Shown piece by piece: positions 36,341 through 45,528 of a stretch of 64,000 nt of DNA. The DNA is from Candidatus Omnitrophota bacterium. GTDB taxonomy: Bacteria > Omnitrophota > Gorgyraeia > Duberdicusellales > 4484-171. The stretch lies in contig JBAZGN010000003.1 in assembly GCA_041652815.1 (NCBI GenBank), positions 129,530 to 193,529 on the forward strand, read 5' to 3'. The translations under genes and the position numbers were made by a program. The notes under the pieces are model-generated. The model did not search any database. It had not been told where the DNA came from and was given only the letters and a program-made list of their open reading frames with translations. Each line of letters opens with the position of its first letter. Positions within the stretch are counted from its first letter, which is position 1.

Positions 36341-36808
36341 TTACTTAGTTGTTGCAGGCGCGTTCTTAAGAAATTGCGCTGCGGCGCTAAATGCAAGAGT
36401 GTAGCTAGCGGGGCCAAACCCGGTTATAACACCGATTGAAATATCACTGATAAGAGATTTTTTTCTGAAATCCTCTCTTTTATAAATATTGGACAAATGC
36501 ACTTCTATAACAGGTTTATTAACTGCAAGTATTGCATCGCGTATCGCAACAGAGGTGTGCGTATAGGCCGCGGGATTTATAATCAATAAATCATATTTGG
36601 AATTTGTTATTTTTTCTACTATTTCGCCTTCTGAATTAGATTGCAGTATCGTAAGCGAGAATCCATTTTGCTGGGCTTTCTTTTTTAATTCTTCGTTGAT
36701 ATCTTTCAAGGTAAATTTTCCGTAAATTTGCGGCTCGCGGCTGCCCAGAAGATGCAAATTGGGGCCGTGGATTACAAGTATTTTATTTTTTTTCATTTTT
36801 GCTTTCAT
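36341..36808 (-). CDS. aroQ: 3-dehydroquinate dehydratase, type II
   Basis: Motifs [39 protein letters not shown]. Confidence 0.88.
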   Translation of the reverse strand: MKAKMKKNKILVIHGPNLHLLGSREPQIYGKFTLKDINEELKKKAQQNGFSLTILQSNSEGEIVEKITNSKYDLLIINPAAYTHTSVAIRDAILAVNKPVIEVHLSNIYKREDFRKKSLISDISIGVITGFGPASYTLAFSAAAQFLKNAPATTK

Positions 36809-36962
36809 CGATTTCAGCCTCCTCTACCAACATTATTGGTATGCCGCCTTTTATTGGATATTTGCGTAAACACTTTAGGCAAACTATTTTATTGTCTTTC
36901 AAGACTACTTCACTCTTACACAAAGGGCAAGCAAGAATCTTCAATAGTTCTTCGTTAATCAT
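36783..36962 (-). CDS. Trm112/YcaR-family small protein (59 aa)
   Basis: Protein [45 protein letters not shown] matches the Trm112 pattern LLxILxCPxCKG. Overlaps the aroQ start. Below the ORF-track length cut-off. Confidence 0.6.
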   Translation of the reverse strand: MINEELLKILACPLCKSEVVLKDNKIVCLKCLRKYPIKGGIPIMLVEEAEIDESKNEKK

Positions 36963-36971
36963 TTGAATGTT

Positions 36972-37319
36972 TTAACCATTTATCTTGTTCTTTTCCTCAA
37001 CATACATCATTCTTAAGCTAAACAAAGAATCATCAAGGAGTTTTTCTTCTTCGGGGTTTAAATTCCCCTTGGTTTTCTCCTTAAGTATCCCTATTGTATC
37101 GACCAAAAAACGGGCCTGTTCAAGGTTTTTATCGGTTTTGCCGGAAACAGGATTTTCCAGCCTGCCCAGGGCAATCATTGCCTGCATACTTAGCGATGAT
37201 AAAAACAACCTGAAATTAGGCTCATGATATGCTTCATGCTTATCATGCGCTTCTTTTTTTTCTTTTTCCGCATTCGTCTTCCATTCTTCATCAACCTTTT
37301 TTCTTATTTCTTCACTCAT
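36972..37319 (-). CDS. DUF1844-family protein
   Basis: Motifs FRLFLSSLSMQAMIALGRLENPVSGK...KTKGNLNPEE. Confidence 0.5.
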   Translation of the reverse strand: MSEEIRKKVDEEWKTNAEKEKKEAHDKHEAYHEPNFRLFLSSLSMQAMIALGRLENPVSGKTDKNLEQARFLVDTIGILKEKTKGNLNPEEEKLLDDSLFSLRMMYVEEKNKING

Positions 37320-37330
37320 TAGCTCCCCCT

Positions 37331-38152
37331 TTAGCTGATAACTACTCCGGCATATCCGACTACAGAACTTGCATCTGCTCCACTGTCAGCACTTGTTTCA
37401 TACAAGCTGACGCTTGCTTTATTTGCGCCGATTTTTTTCATAATCAAAAGAAGTATAGCCACAGGTGCAATACCGCACATTGAAATATTATCTTTTTTTA
37501 CTGTTTTAACCAAACCCTCTGCGTCAAGATTGACTATATGCTCAAGTGCCAGCCTATCTTTACGCCGCGCGGTGCTATCTGCCTCGTAATGAGTCATGTC
37601 GCTTGAAGCAATAAAAAGAATATCTTCTTTAATGTTTTTTACAGCTAAAAAAATTTGTGTTGCTACTTTTTCGTAGGTACTTAAAGTGGCAACCCCGCAA
37701 ACTATAGGCACAAAACTAAAATTTCCAAAAAAATAATATAATATTGGTAACTCTACTTCTATGGAATGCTCGAATTTGTGCGCAAGCGTATCAGGCGTTA
37801 TGTTCGTGCCGGACTTAAGTATTCTTTGCGCTAAATCGCAATCTATGGATAAATCTGCAAAAGGTATTTTCCAGCTGCCGGAAGCATACATCCCAAAATC
37901 TTCGCCATAACCTGTATGGTTAGGCCCTAAAATTATAATCCGCTTTTTAGGAAGTACTTTATTTACGGCGCTAACCGCAACCCGGCCAGAATATACATAA
38001 CCTGCATGCGGAAGAATCAAGCCGTATGCCACGGCCCTTGCAGAATCTTTTAGCTTAAAGGCCTCAATTGCTTTTCTTAATTCTGACGCCTTATCCGGAT
38101 AAAATTGTCCGCTAACAACGGGTTCTCTAATCATAATAAACACCTGACACAT
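37331..38152 (-). CDS. MEMO1-family protein (AmmeMemoRadiSam system protein B-like)
   Basis: Motifs VVSGQFYPDKASELRKAIE...LPHAGYVYSG. Confidence 0.7.
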   Translation of the reverse strand: MCQVFIMIREPVVSGQFYPDKASELRKAIEAFKLKDSARAVAYGLILPHAGYVYSGRVAVSAVNKVLPKKRIIILGPNHTGYGEDFGMYASGSWKIPFADLSIDCDLAQRILKSGTNITPDTLAHKFEHSIEVELPILYYFFGNFSFVPIVCGVATLSTYEKVATQIFLAVKNIKEDILFIASSDMTHYEADSTARRKDRLALEHIVNLDAEGLVKTVKKDNISMCGIAPVAILLLIMKKIGANKASVSLYETSADSGADASSVVGYAGVVIS

Positions 38153-38338
38153 TTGATAAGCTTGGGGTTTCTGCGTGTCGATTAAACTTATTTGCGCTTA
38201 AATAGATTAACAATGATGTGGCTAGATGTCAATACTTTCCCGCGTCCACGCCTGTGCTAACCTGCTCGATTGACAATATTATCTCTGCGTATAGCTATAA
38301 ATTGCTTACAGGCCTGATGCCCAACGCAATTAACCAAT

Positions 38339-38977
38339 CTAGTTAGTTTTAAAAAGTATAACAACACCAAACTGACAGGTTGCTTCCTTAAGTTCCGGCG
38401 GAAAAGGCAAGAAAGGTAAAGATTCTTTTACACTTCTCTCTGCCACCTCTACCAATTCCTGATTATTACCATTAGCCTCTACAGTTTCTAGTTTTCCATC
38501 TCTTGAAAGCACGAAACTTACAAATACTTCTCCGCGCTCTTTACCTGTATAATTTTTGTGGCAAACTGCTTTGAGCTTTGCATTAAGTCCATTATAATAA
38601 CTCATGTAAGATGGATTATTCCGTAGTTTTGAGTTTTCCAATTTCTCGGAAATAACTATTTTGTTGGTGTTTTTTTCCAGGAGTTGAGCTTTATTCAAAA
38701 ATGGCCTCTCTTTGTCTTCCCCCATTAATTTACGCACAACATTTTTTATGTAAGGCGGCGGCGGGAGTATTTTTGATTCATTAATTTGGGAATTTTTAAG
38801 TTTAGTTTTAGATATTTCACTCTTTTGAATTTCTTTAACCGTGATTCTTACTTCTTTTATTTCCACTTTTTCGTTCAAAATGATATTTTTATTAAATACA
38901 GGAAAAAACCCCGCACCTAAAAATAACGAATGCATAGCAAAAGAAATACCTATGGAAACATTCCAATAATTTCTCAT
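38339..38977 (-). CDS. TonB-family energy transducer (C-terminal TonB domain)
   Basis: N-terminal TM, a Pro-rich PPPPY segment, and C-terminal GEVFVSFVLSRDGKLETVEA...PFLPFP. Confidence 0.6.
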   Translation of the reverse strand: MRNYWNVSIGISFAMHSLFLGAGFFPVFNKNIILNEKVEIKEVRITVKEIQKSEISKTKLKNSQINESKILPPPPYIKNVVRKLMGEDKERPFLNKAQLLEKNTNKIVISEKLENSKLRNNPSYMSYYNGLNAKLKAVCHKNYTGKERGEVFVSFVLSRDGKLETVEANGNNQELVEVAERSVKESLPFLPFPPELKEATCQFGVVILFKTN

Positions 38978-39032
38978 GTGTTAAATTATAACACAGTACC
39001 GTAAAAGTTAAATATTATTTAGATATTAACCC

Positions 39033-39072
39033 AAAAAATGCACGCTTCGCAGGCATTTTTTGGGTTAAGCAG
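39033..39072 (-). terminator. Hairpin aacccaaaaaatgc-acgcttcgcag-gcattttttgggtt at the 3' end of the Lpd-like gene (family copy 2)
   Basis: 14-bp stem. On the minus strand it is followed by AT-rich sequence. Reverse-complement copy at 21224-21262. Confidence 0.45.
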
Positions 39073-40339
39073 CGGCGCGCAAATGTGCGGGAATTATTTC
39101 AGAAATCGTAGGGTGGATGAAGAAACATTTCCTAAAACTATTTATATCTAAATTATTACAAATGGCATATGAAAAAATATTTATAAGCTCTGCGGCATAA
39201 TTTGAGATTATACTCGCCCCCATTATCGTATCCTTTTCTCCTACAAGCACTTGCATAAATCCATCCTGGTCATCGTAAACATATGAAGATGAAAACTTAA
39301 GGAAATTTGTCCTTAATATTTTATATTTTAGGTTTTTTTCTTTAGCTTCTGTTTCTTGAATACCTACCCGTGCTATTTGGGGAATAGAAAAAACACAATC
39401 AGCGATGCCACGATAATTCATGCTTTCCTTTCTTCCCATTATATTCTCGATGCATACTTGCGCCTCTGCCTCTGCAACATAAGCAAGAAGCCTTCCTCCA
39501 GTAACATCTCCGCAAGCATAAATATTTTCTATATTGGTCTGCATTTTATTATCGGTTTTTATCCATCCGCCTTTGTCGAAAAATAAGCCTGTCTTTTCAA
39601 TATCCAACCCGCCTGTATCAGGTGTTCTGCCTACAGCTAGAATTACTCTGTCGTAGCTTTCTAAATCATAATTTTTTAAATCTGCTGAGGTTTCTATTTT
39701 TATTCCATACTTCTCCAGAATAATCTTAAGGCGCCCGACAATTGCACTATCGAAAACCGGCAATATATTTTCCTGTTTTTCAATAAGTGTAACTTTCTTT
39801 TTTAACCTATTGAGCAATGAAGAAAATTCAATTCCAATATATCCTGCACCGACTATAAGAAAATTGTCATCAAGGTTAGAAATAGAAAAAAGTTCTTCGG
39901 CAAAAATACATTTCGGATGCCTCAACAAAGCTTTAGGCTTTGAACCGCTGGCTATAATAATATTTTTGGCTTCAATTTTCTCCTTGCCTGCCATAAGTGT
40001 ATGTTCGTCAATAAAAGAAATGTCAGCAAAGCAAATCTTAACTCCGGCTTTCTCAAGGTAATTGAAGGAGTCTTTTTTTATCTTTTCAATAATATCGTTT
40101 TTCTTGCTAAAGCTTTCCTGCCAGGTTTTACCCAGCTTTGAACTGTTGAGGAAAAATTTGGTGGGTATACAGCCGCGATTTAAGCAAGTCCCTCCGAAGT
40201 CAGCTCGGTTTCGGTCAAAAAGTATGGTTTTTAAACCGTACTTTAACGCATGCCGTGCGGAGGCTATGCCTGCAGCTCCAGAACCGATTATAGCCAAATC
40301 ATACATATTGGGTTTTCGTTTATCGTCTGTCGGTTGCAC
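39065..40339 (-). CDS. FAD-dependent pyridine nucleotide-disulfide oxidoreductase, dihydrolipoyl dehydrogenase family
   Basis: Motifs GSGAAGIASA...GGTCLNRGCIPTK (redox-active disulfide). Confidence 0.75.
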   Translation of the reverse strand: MQPTDDKRKPNMYDLAIIGSGAAGIASARHALKYGLKTILFDRNRADFGGTCLNRGCIPTKFFLNSSKLGKTWQESFSKKNDIIEKIKKDSFNYLEKAGVKICFADISFIDEHTLMAGKEKIEAKNIIIASGSKPKALLRHPKCIFAEELFSISNLDDNFLIVGAGYIGIEFSSLLNRLKKKVTLIEKQENILPVFDSAIVGRLKIILEKYGIKIETSADLKNYDLESYDRVILAVGRTPDTGGLDIEKTGLFFDKGGWIKTDNKMQTNIENIYACGDVTGGRLLAYVAEAEAQVCIENIMGRKESMNYRGIADCVFSIPQIARVGIQETEAKEKNLKYKILRTNFLKFSSSYVYDDQDGFMQVLVGEKDTIMGASIISNYAAELINIFSYAICNNLDINSFRKCFFIHPTISEIIPAHLRAAA

Positions 40340-40344
40340 AGCTC

Positions 40345-40465
40345 GTATCGTTAAACGTCAACCGTTAATCGTCCTTTCTGCATATTCTTGACGCAACCGA
40401 TTTACGATAAACGTAACGAGCTGCGCAACCGTTTACCGTATGACGAAATAGCAAGTGCATATACC
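40345..40465. repeat. About 120-bp palindromic intergenic element rich in GCAACCG/CGGTTGC words (copy 1; copy 2 at 49165-49287)
   Basis: cggttgcacagctcgt pairs with acgagctgcgcaaccg. Shares ttcgtct(a/g)tcg(t/g)ttgc and acgag(c/t)tgcg(c/t)aaccg...ccgtttaac with the second copy. Confidence 0.55.
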
Positions 40466-40481
40466 TCTTGTTGATAATAAT

Positions 40482-41408
40482 TTATAAGCCTAAATCTTTT
40501 AATTGTAAAAACTCTTTTTTTGCAATTAAAATTTTTTGTTTTTCTTCTTCAGTAAGCTCTATTTCAATTATCTTCTCTATGCCTTTCCTATTTATCACAC
40601 AAGGCACGCCTACGCATAAATTGCGAAGGCCATATTCTCCTTGCAATAAAGCGCAAACAGGTATGATTTCGTTTTTATCTTCGTAAATTGCCTCAATCAG
40701 GCGAAAAATAGAAAACGATGGGGCAAAGCTCGCACTTCTATTTTTTAAAAAACTTACTATTTCTCCTCCGCGTAAAGCAGTTTTATCTTGTATCTTCTTG
40801 ATGGCTTCTTTATTTAAAAACTTGCTTACAGCTTCGCCTTTAACGCGTATCTTATCCGTTGAAACTATCATGTCGTTATTATGCAAGCCGAAAACAAAAG
40901 CTTCAAAGCAGGATGTAGAGACTTTACACGCCTCGTAAAGTATGTTTAATAATCTTGCGCTGTCAAGAGATGACCCCATGCCTAATACACGATTTCGTTC
41001 AAAACCGGTTTCCTTGGCAAATATATATGTAATAAGATCTAATGGATTTGTAACAACGATGACAATTGCCGAAGGTGCATGCTCCTTTATATGCATGGAC
41101 ACGTCTTTGGCAACTTTAGCATTTATCTTTAAAAGATCCTGCCGACTCATACCATCTTTTCTGGCAACCCCGGCAGTTACAACCACAATATCGCTGTTAC
41201 TTATGGCACAAAAATCATCGGTTCCTATTATTTGTGTCGAAGAATCAAAGAATGACCGGGTATCTTCAATATCCAGGCTAACACCCTTAGCCAAACCCTC
41301 TGCTACATCAACAACGGCAATTTCCTTAAAAGACAATCGTGAAAATAAATGAAATGCCAAAGCTGAGCCAACAGCACCGGCACCTACAATTGATACTTTA
41401 TTAACCAT
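40482..41408 (-). CDS. mdh: Malate dehydrogenase (LDH-like family)
   Basis: Motifs GAGAVGSA and GMGSSLDSARL. The substrate-specificity position reads AGVARKDGMSRQDLL (Arg rather than the LDH Gln). Confidence 0.75.
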   Translation of the reverse strand: MVNKVSIVGAGAVGSALAFHLFSRLSFKEIAVVDVAEGLAKGVSLDIEDTRSFFDSSTQIIGTDDFCAISNSDIVVVTAGVARKDGMSRQDLLKINAKVAKDVSMHIKEHAPSAIVIVVTNPLDLITYIFAKETGFERNRVLGMGSSLDSARLLNILYEACKVSTSCFEAFVFGLHNNDMIVSTDKIRVKGEAVSKFLNKEAIKKIQDKTALRGGEIVSFLKNRSASFAPSFSIFRLIEAIYEDKNEIIPVCALLQGEYGLRNLCVGVPCVINRKGIEKIIEIELTEEEKQKILIAKKEFLQLKDLGL

Positions 41409-42498
41409 TTTTAAGTACCTTTTTGATCTCTTTTACAATCGCCTCTGCCATTTCCTTTGTGCCAACACTACTTGGGTCAGTTCTGGTTGGTTTTAAATCG
41501 TAGGTAACGTTTTTGCCTTTTTTTATAACCGTAGCTACAGCTTTTTCCAGGATATCTGCTTTCTTATGCTCTCCAATATGTTTAAGCATGAGGCTTGCGG
41601 AAAGTATTGTCGCAGTAGGATTTACTTTATTCTTCCCTGTATATTTAGGTGCTGCTCCATGGACAGGCTCAAACAATGCAATAGTATCACCTATATTTGC
41701 TCCGGGTGCAATACCCAGGCCGCCGATAAGCCCGGCGCAGAGATCTGACATAATGTCTCCATAAAGATTAGGCAACACCAACATATCAAATTCCTGCGGC
41801 CGCAGGACAAGTTGCATGGAAAGGTTATCCACAATTACATTATTTGTCTCAATTTGCGGGTATTTCTTTGCTATTTCATCAAATATTTGGAGGAAAAGGC
41901 CGTCTGTATACTTCATTATATTAGCCTTATGAATGCAGCTGATTTTATGCCGGCGCTCTTTCTTCGCAAGCTCAAAAGCAAACCGGATAATTCTTTCTGA
42001 AGCAAAATGCGATATAGGTTTAATAGAAATAGCGCTTGGCTTTCTTACTCTTTTTTCGCTTATTGCGTTTATATAATCTATCAAATCATTTGTTTTCTGG
42101 TCTTCGTTCTTAAATTCAACACCGGCGTATAAATCTTCGCTGTTTTCTCGGACAATCAGAATATCAGTTCCGGGATATTTTGAGTTAGTTCCTTCAATAT
42201 AACGCGCTGGCCGCACACAGGCATAAAGATCGAGTTCTTGCCTGAGAGCTACGTTAATTGAACGAAAACCAGACCCTACAGGGGTAGTGATTGGGCCTTT
42301 TAAGGCGACCTTATTTTTCTTTATTGAATTTAAAGTTTCGAAAGGAAGAAGGCTGTTATGCTGTTTAAGCGCAGGCTCTCCGGCTAAAACTATATCCCAA
42401 CTTATGTCTAAACCTAACGCATCGATACAAAGACGTGCTGCATCGGTAACTTCTGGCCCGATACCATCGCCTGGGATTAAACTTATTCTATATGACAT
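41401..42498 (-). CDS. icd: Isocitrate dehydrogenase (isocitrate/isopropylmalate dehydrogenase family)
   Basis: IVRENSEDLYAG closely resembles E. coli Icd FRENSEDIYAG rather than LeuB. 3-isopropylmalate dehydrogenase cannot be excluded. Confidence 0.65.
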   Translation of the reverse strand: MSYRISLIPGDGIGPEVTDAARLCIDALGLDISWDIVLAGEPALKQHNSLLPFETLNSIKKNKVALKGPITTPVGSGFRSINVALRQELDLYACVRPARYIEGTNSKYPGTDILIVRENSEDLYAGVEFKNEDQKTNDLIDYINAISEKRVRKPSAISIKPISHFASERIIRFAFELAKKERRHKISCIHKANIMKYTDGLFLQIFDEIAKKYPQIETNNVIVDNLSMQLVLRPQEFDMLVLPNLYGDIMSDLCAGLIGGLGIAPGANIGDTIALFEPVHGAAPKYTGKNKVNPTATILSASLMLKHIGEHKKADILEKAVATVIKKGKNVTYDLKPTRTDPSSVGTKEMAEAIVKEIKKVLKNG

Positions 42499-42512
42499 AG
42501 GCTGGTATATTT

Positions 42513-43013
42513 TTAGATCTTAAAATCTTTATGTTTATGTAAATAATTTATTATGCCCTCGCAAGCGACCAATTCTTTTCTAAAGCTATTCCAGGGAATA
42601 AATTCTAATGTTTCATTGGTGCTTAAATTCTGCATGATGCCCTTATCTACGTCGATCCTCAAAGCGTTGGCTTCGGCAATTGACGAAGTATCCGTTTCAA
42701 TCAAAGGAAGCCCGATGTTAAAAGCATTTCGATAAAATATACGGGCAAAACTTTTCGCAACTACGCATACTATGCCGGCTTCTTTAATTACCCAGGGTGC
42801 CTGCTCACGGCTTGAGCCCATGCCGAAATTTTCTCCGGCAACAATAATTGACTTGTTAGGAATTATCTCTTTATAAAAGTTGGGCCGTATGTCTTCAAAA
42901 AGATATTGGGATAGTTTTTTCATATCGGTAATAGAAAACTTATACCTTCCCGATATTATCCAATCGGTATTTATATTATCGCCAAACTTAAAAACTTTTC
43001 CCTCGAAATTCAT
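42513..43013 (-). CDS. 3-isopropylmalate dehydratase / aconitase-family small subunit (LeuD-like)
   Basis: Aconitase swivel-domain pattern, 166 aa. Confidence 0.7.
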   Translation of the reverse strand: MNFEGKVFKFGDNINTDWIISGRYKFSITDMKKLSQYLFEDIRPNFYKEIIPNKSIIVAGENFGMGSSREQAPWVIKEAGIVCVVAKSFARIFYRNAFNIGLPLIETDTSSIAEANALRIDVDKGIMQNLSTNETLEFIPWNSFRKELVACEGIINYLHKHKDFKI

Positions 43014-44089
43014 AAGCTTTCGAATTCAACAACATTTCTTACCTTCATAAGGGCTATTTCTTTGGTTATTATGCCTTTTTTGTAAAGGTCTTTTAAATTT
43101 CTATCAATTGTATACATACCGTATTGGCCGCCCATTTGAATCATTGAAGGAATTTGCGCAACCTCTCCTTCTCTGATTAGATTTCTGATTCCGGGTGTAG
43201 CAACCAAAACTTCCGTAGCCAAGACTCTTCCTTGTCCTCTCGCACGCGGGAGAAGTAGCTGCGATATTACGCCCTGCAAACAATCTGCGAGCTGGACTCT
43301 TACTTGTTTCTGCTGGTGCGGAGGAAATACATCAATTATTCTTTGAACTGTCTGGGGAGCATCAGGAGTATGGAGTGTCGCAAACACCAAATGGCCGGTT
43401 TCTGCAGCAGTCAAAGTTGTGGCAATAGTTTCTAAATCACGCATTTCACCGACTACGATTACGTTCGGATCCTGCCTGAGGGCACGGCGCAAAGCTTCAG
43501 GAAATGAATGCGTATCTGCATAAACCTCTCTTTGTTTTATAATACTCTTTTTATTTGCGTGAACGAATTCAATCGGGTCTTCAATGCAGATAATCATTTC
43601 CTGCCGCTCACTGTTTATTATGTCAATCATTGCTGCAAGGGTTGTGCTCTTTCCCGTTCCGGTCGGGCCAGTCAGGAGGACCAAACCATTTGGTTTTCTT
43701 AAAAGATCATGCACTACGGCAGGCAAGCCCAAATCCTCTATCTTAGGTATTTGCTGGGGGATACGCCTGAAAGCGCCCTCAACATTTCCCTTCTGGTAAT
43801 GGATATTAACTCTAAATCTATCCATATTGGGTAGTGAAAATGAGAAATCAAGTTCTTTATCCTTTTCCAAAATAGCTTTTTGATCATCATTCAATATACT
43901 GTAAATAAGCGCTTTTGTCTCTTCTGAATGTAAAACAGGTAAGTCCTTTAGAATGTGCAATTTTCCGTCAATTCTTATTATAGGCGAACTATCGACCGTA
44001 AGGTGAAGGTCACTTGCCAACTTTTCCATCGTAGTCTTCAAGAGATTGTTTATATTTACCATGCCGCCTCCCTCTTTAAAAAAGACCAA
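43010..44089 (-). CDS. pilT: Type IV pilus retraction ATPase PilT
   Basis: Motifs LLTGPTGTGKSTTLAAMID (Walker A) and HLVFATLHT, in a PilT-length protein. 4-nt overlap with the leuD-like start. Confidence 0.85.
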   Translation of the reverse strand: MVFFKEGGGMVNINNLLKTTMEKLASDLHLTVDSSPIIRIDGKLHILKDLPVLHSEETKALIYSILNDDQKAILEKDKELDFSFSLPNMDRFRVNIHYQKGNVEGAFRRIPQQIPKIEDLGLPAVVHDLLRKPNGLVLLTGPTGTGKSTTLAAMIDIINSERQEMIICIEDPIEFVHANKKSIIKQREVYADTHSFPEALRRALRQDPNVIVVGEMRDLETIATTLTAAETGHLVFATLHTPDAPQTVQRIIDVFPPHQQKQVRVQLADCLQGVISQLLLPRARGQGRVLATEVLVATPGIRNLIREGEVAQIPSMIQMGGQYGMYTIDRNLKDLYKKGIITKEIALMKVRNVVEFESL

Positions 44090-44109
44090 AGAATTTTAAA
44101 ATTAAACAT

Positions 44110-45363
44110 CTATTTCTTAATATATTTCCTCGGGTCGGTAATTTCACCGCAAAGAGCGCTTGCTGCAACTGTTGCCGGAGAAGCAAGATAGATGAAACTA
44201 TTCGGATTACCCATCCTGCCCTTAAAATTCCTATTCGCGCTGGAAAGCACAATCTCCCCGTCCGCCGGCACTCCCTGGTGCGTTCCCACACAAGGCCCGC
44301 AGCCTGCCGGAAGCACAATTGCTCCAGACTCAAGAAATGTCTTAATATAACCTTTCCGCAAAGCTTCAAGGAATATTTTTGCGGAGGCAGGAGCAACTAA
44401 AAATTTTATTCCTTTACTTACTTTCTTTCCCTTTACTATTTTAGCTGCTATTTCTAAATCCTCAAGCCTTCCATTAGTACAAGTACCTAAATAGGCCTGG
44501 TGAATTTTTAACCCTTCCACCTCTTCTATACTTGCGCCATTATCTACGGTATGCGGTTTGGCCACATAAGGGGAAAATTTTGAGACATCAAACTCCAAAA
44601 CCTTTTCGTATTTACAATCACGATCAGAATAAACCGGTTTATGCTTCTTAACGCCTATTGAAGAAAGATAATCTAAGGCTTTTTTATCAGCAACCAAAAG
44701 CCCGCATTTTGCGCCGAATTCTATAGTCATATTGGTTATGGTAAAACGGCCATCCATTGAAAGCTTATCAATTACTTCCCCGGAGAATTCAACGGATTTA
44801 TAGGTTGCACCGTTTGCGGTTAACTTATGAATTATATGAAGGATTATGTCTTTGCTAAACACACCCTTTGGTATTTTCCCTTTGATAATAATTTTGTATG
44901 TAGAAGGAACTTTAAACCAGTTTTTCCCCGTAGCTAAAGTAATTGCCAGGTCGGTTGAGCCCACTCCGAAGGCTGCGGCAGAAAGCGCCCCAGCTGTAGA
45001 GGTATGCGAATCAGCGCCCAGTATAAGTGCACCAGGATAGGCAAAACCTTCCTCTATTATTAACTGATGCGATATTCCGCAGCCGACATCAAAAAACAGG
45101 TTTTTATTTAGCTTAGTAAACTCACGCATCCTGCTATGGACCTTAGAGACCCCCATGTTAGGAGAAGGAGCTGAATGATCGATAAACATTGCATATTTCT
45201 TTGGAGATTTTACGTTTCTAAACTGGCTCAAACCATCAAGCACAAGTGCGGAAGTTCCATCCTGCGAAAAACAAAAATCAACCGAACATATCCCCACTTC
45301 GCCGGCACGAAGTTTATTCTTAGAATGCGCCGATAATATTTTTTCTATGATAGTATGTCCCAT
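44110..45363 (-). CDS. 3-isopropylmalate dehydratase / aconitase-family large subunit (LeuC-like)
   Basis: Aconitase Fe-S ligand motifs in a 417-aa archaeal-type LeuC/homoaconitase-length protein. Confidence 0.75.
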   Translation of the reverse strand: MGHTIIEKILSAHSKNKLRAGEVGICSVDFCFSQDGTSALVLDGLSQFRNVKSPKKYAMFIDHSAPSPNMGVSKVHSRMREFTKLNKNLFFDVGCGISHQLIIEEGFAYPGALILGADSHTSTAGALSAAAFGVGSTDLAITLATGKNWFKVPSTYKIIIKGKIPKGVFSKDIILHIIHKLTANGATYKSVEFSGEVIDKLSMDGRFTITNMTIEFGAKCGLLVADKKALDYLSSIGVKKHKPVYSDRDCKYEKVLEFDVSKFSPYVAKPHTVDNGASIEEVEGLKIHQAYLGTCTNGRLEDLEIAAKIVKGKKVSKGIKFLVAPASAKIFLEALRKGYIKTFLESGAIVLPAGCGPCVGTHQGVPADGEIVLSSANRNFKGRMGNPNSFIYLASPATVAASALCGEITDPRKYIKK

Positions 45364-45364
45364 A

Positions 45365-45528
45365 AAGCATTAAACTCTAAACACTAAACTCGAAACTCTA
45401 AACAAATCTAAAACTCTAAATTCTAAATTTAAAACAAAATGTTTTAGGGTTGGAACATTGTGGTTTCGAATTTGTTTAGGGTCTAGGGTTTCGGATTTAG
45501 AATTTACCATATTATTTTAAAATATAAG
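45365..45528. repeat. Long imperfect palindrome built from CTAAAC-type repeats (left arm) and GTTTAG-type repeats (right arm)
   Basis: Left arm aaactctaaacactaaactcgaaactctaaacaaatctaaaactctaaattctaaat. Right arm is its imperfect reverse complement. Confidence 0.55.

Noticed and set aside
44076-44396. 106-aa ORF overlapping the leuC-like 3' end; similar antisense ORFs inside ppdK, accC, rplC (61896-62579), tuf (63147-63740) and elsewhere
   Set aside because: They are embedded in, and antisense to, strongly supported conserved genes, so they are typical spurious ORFs.
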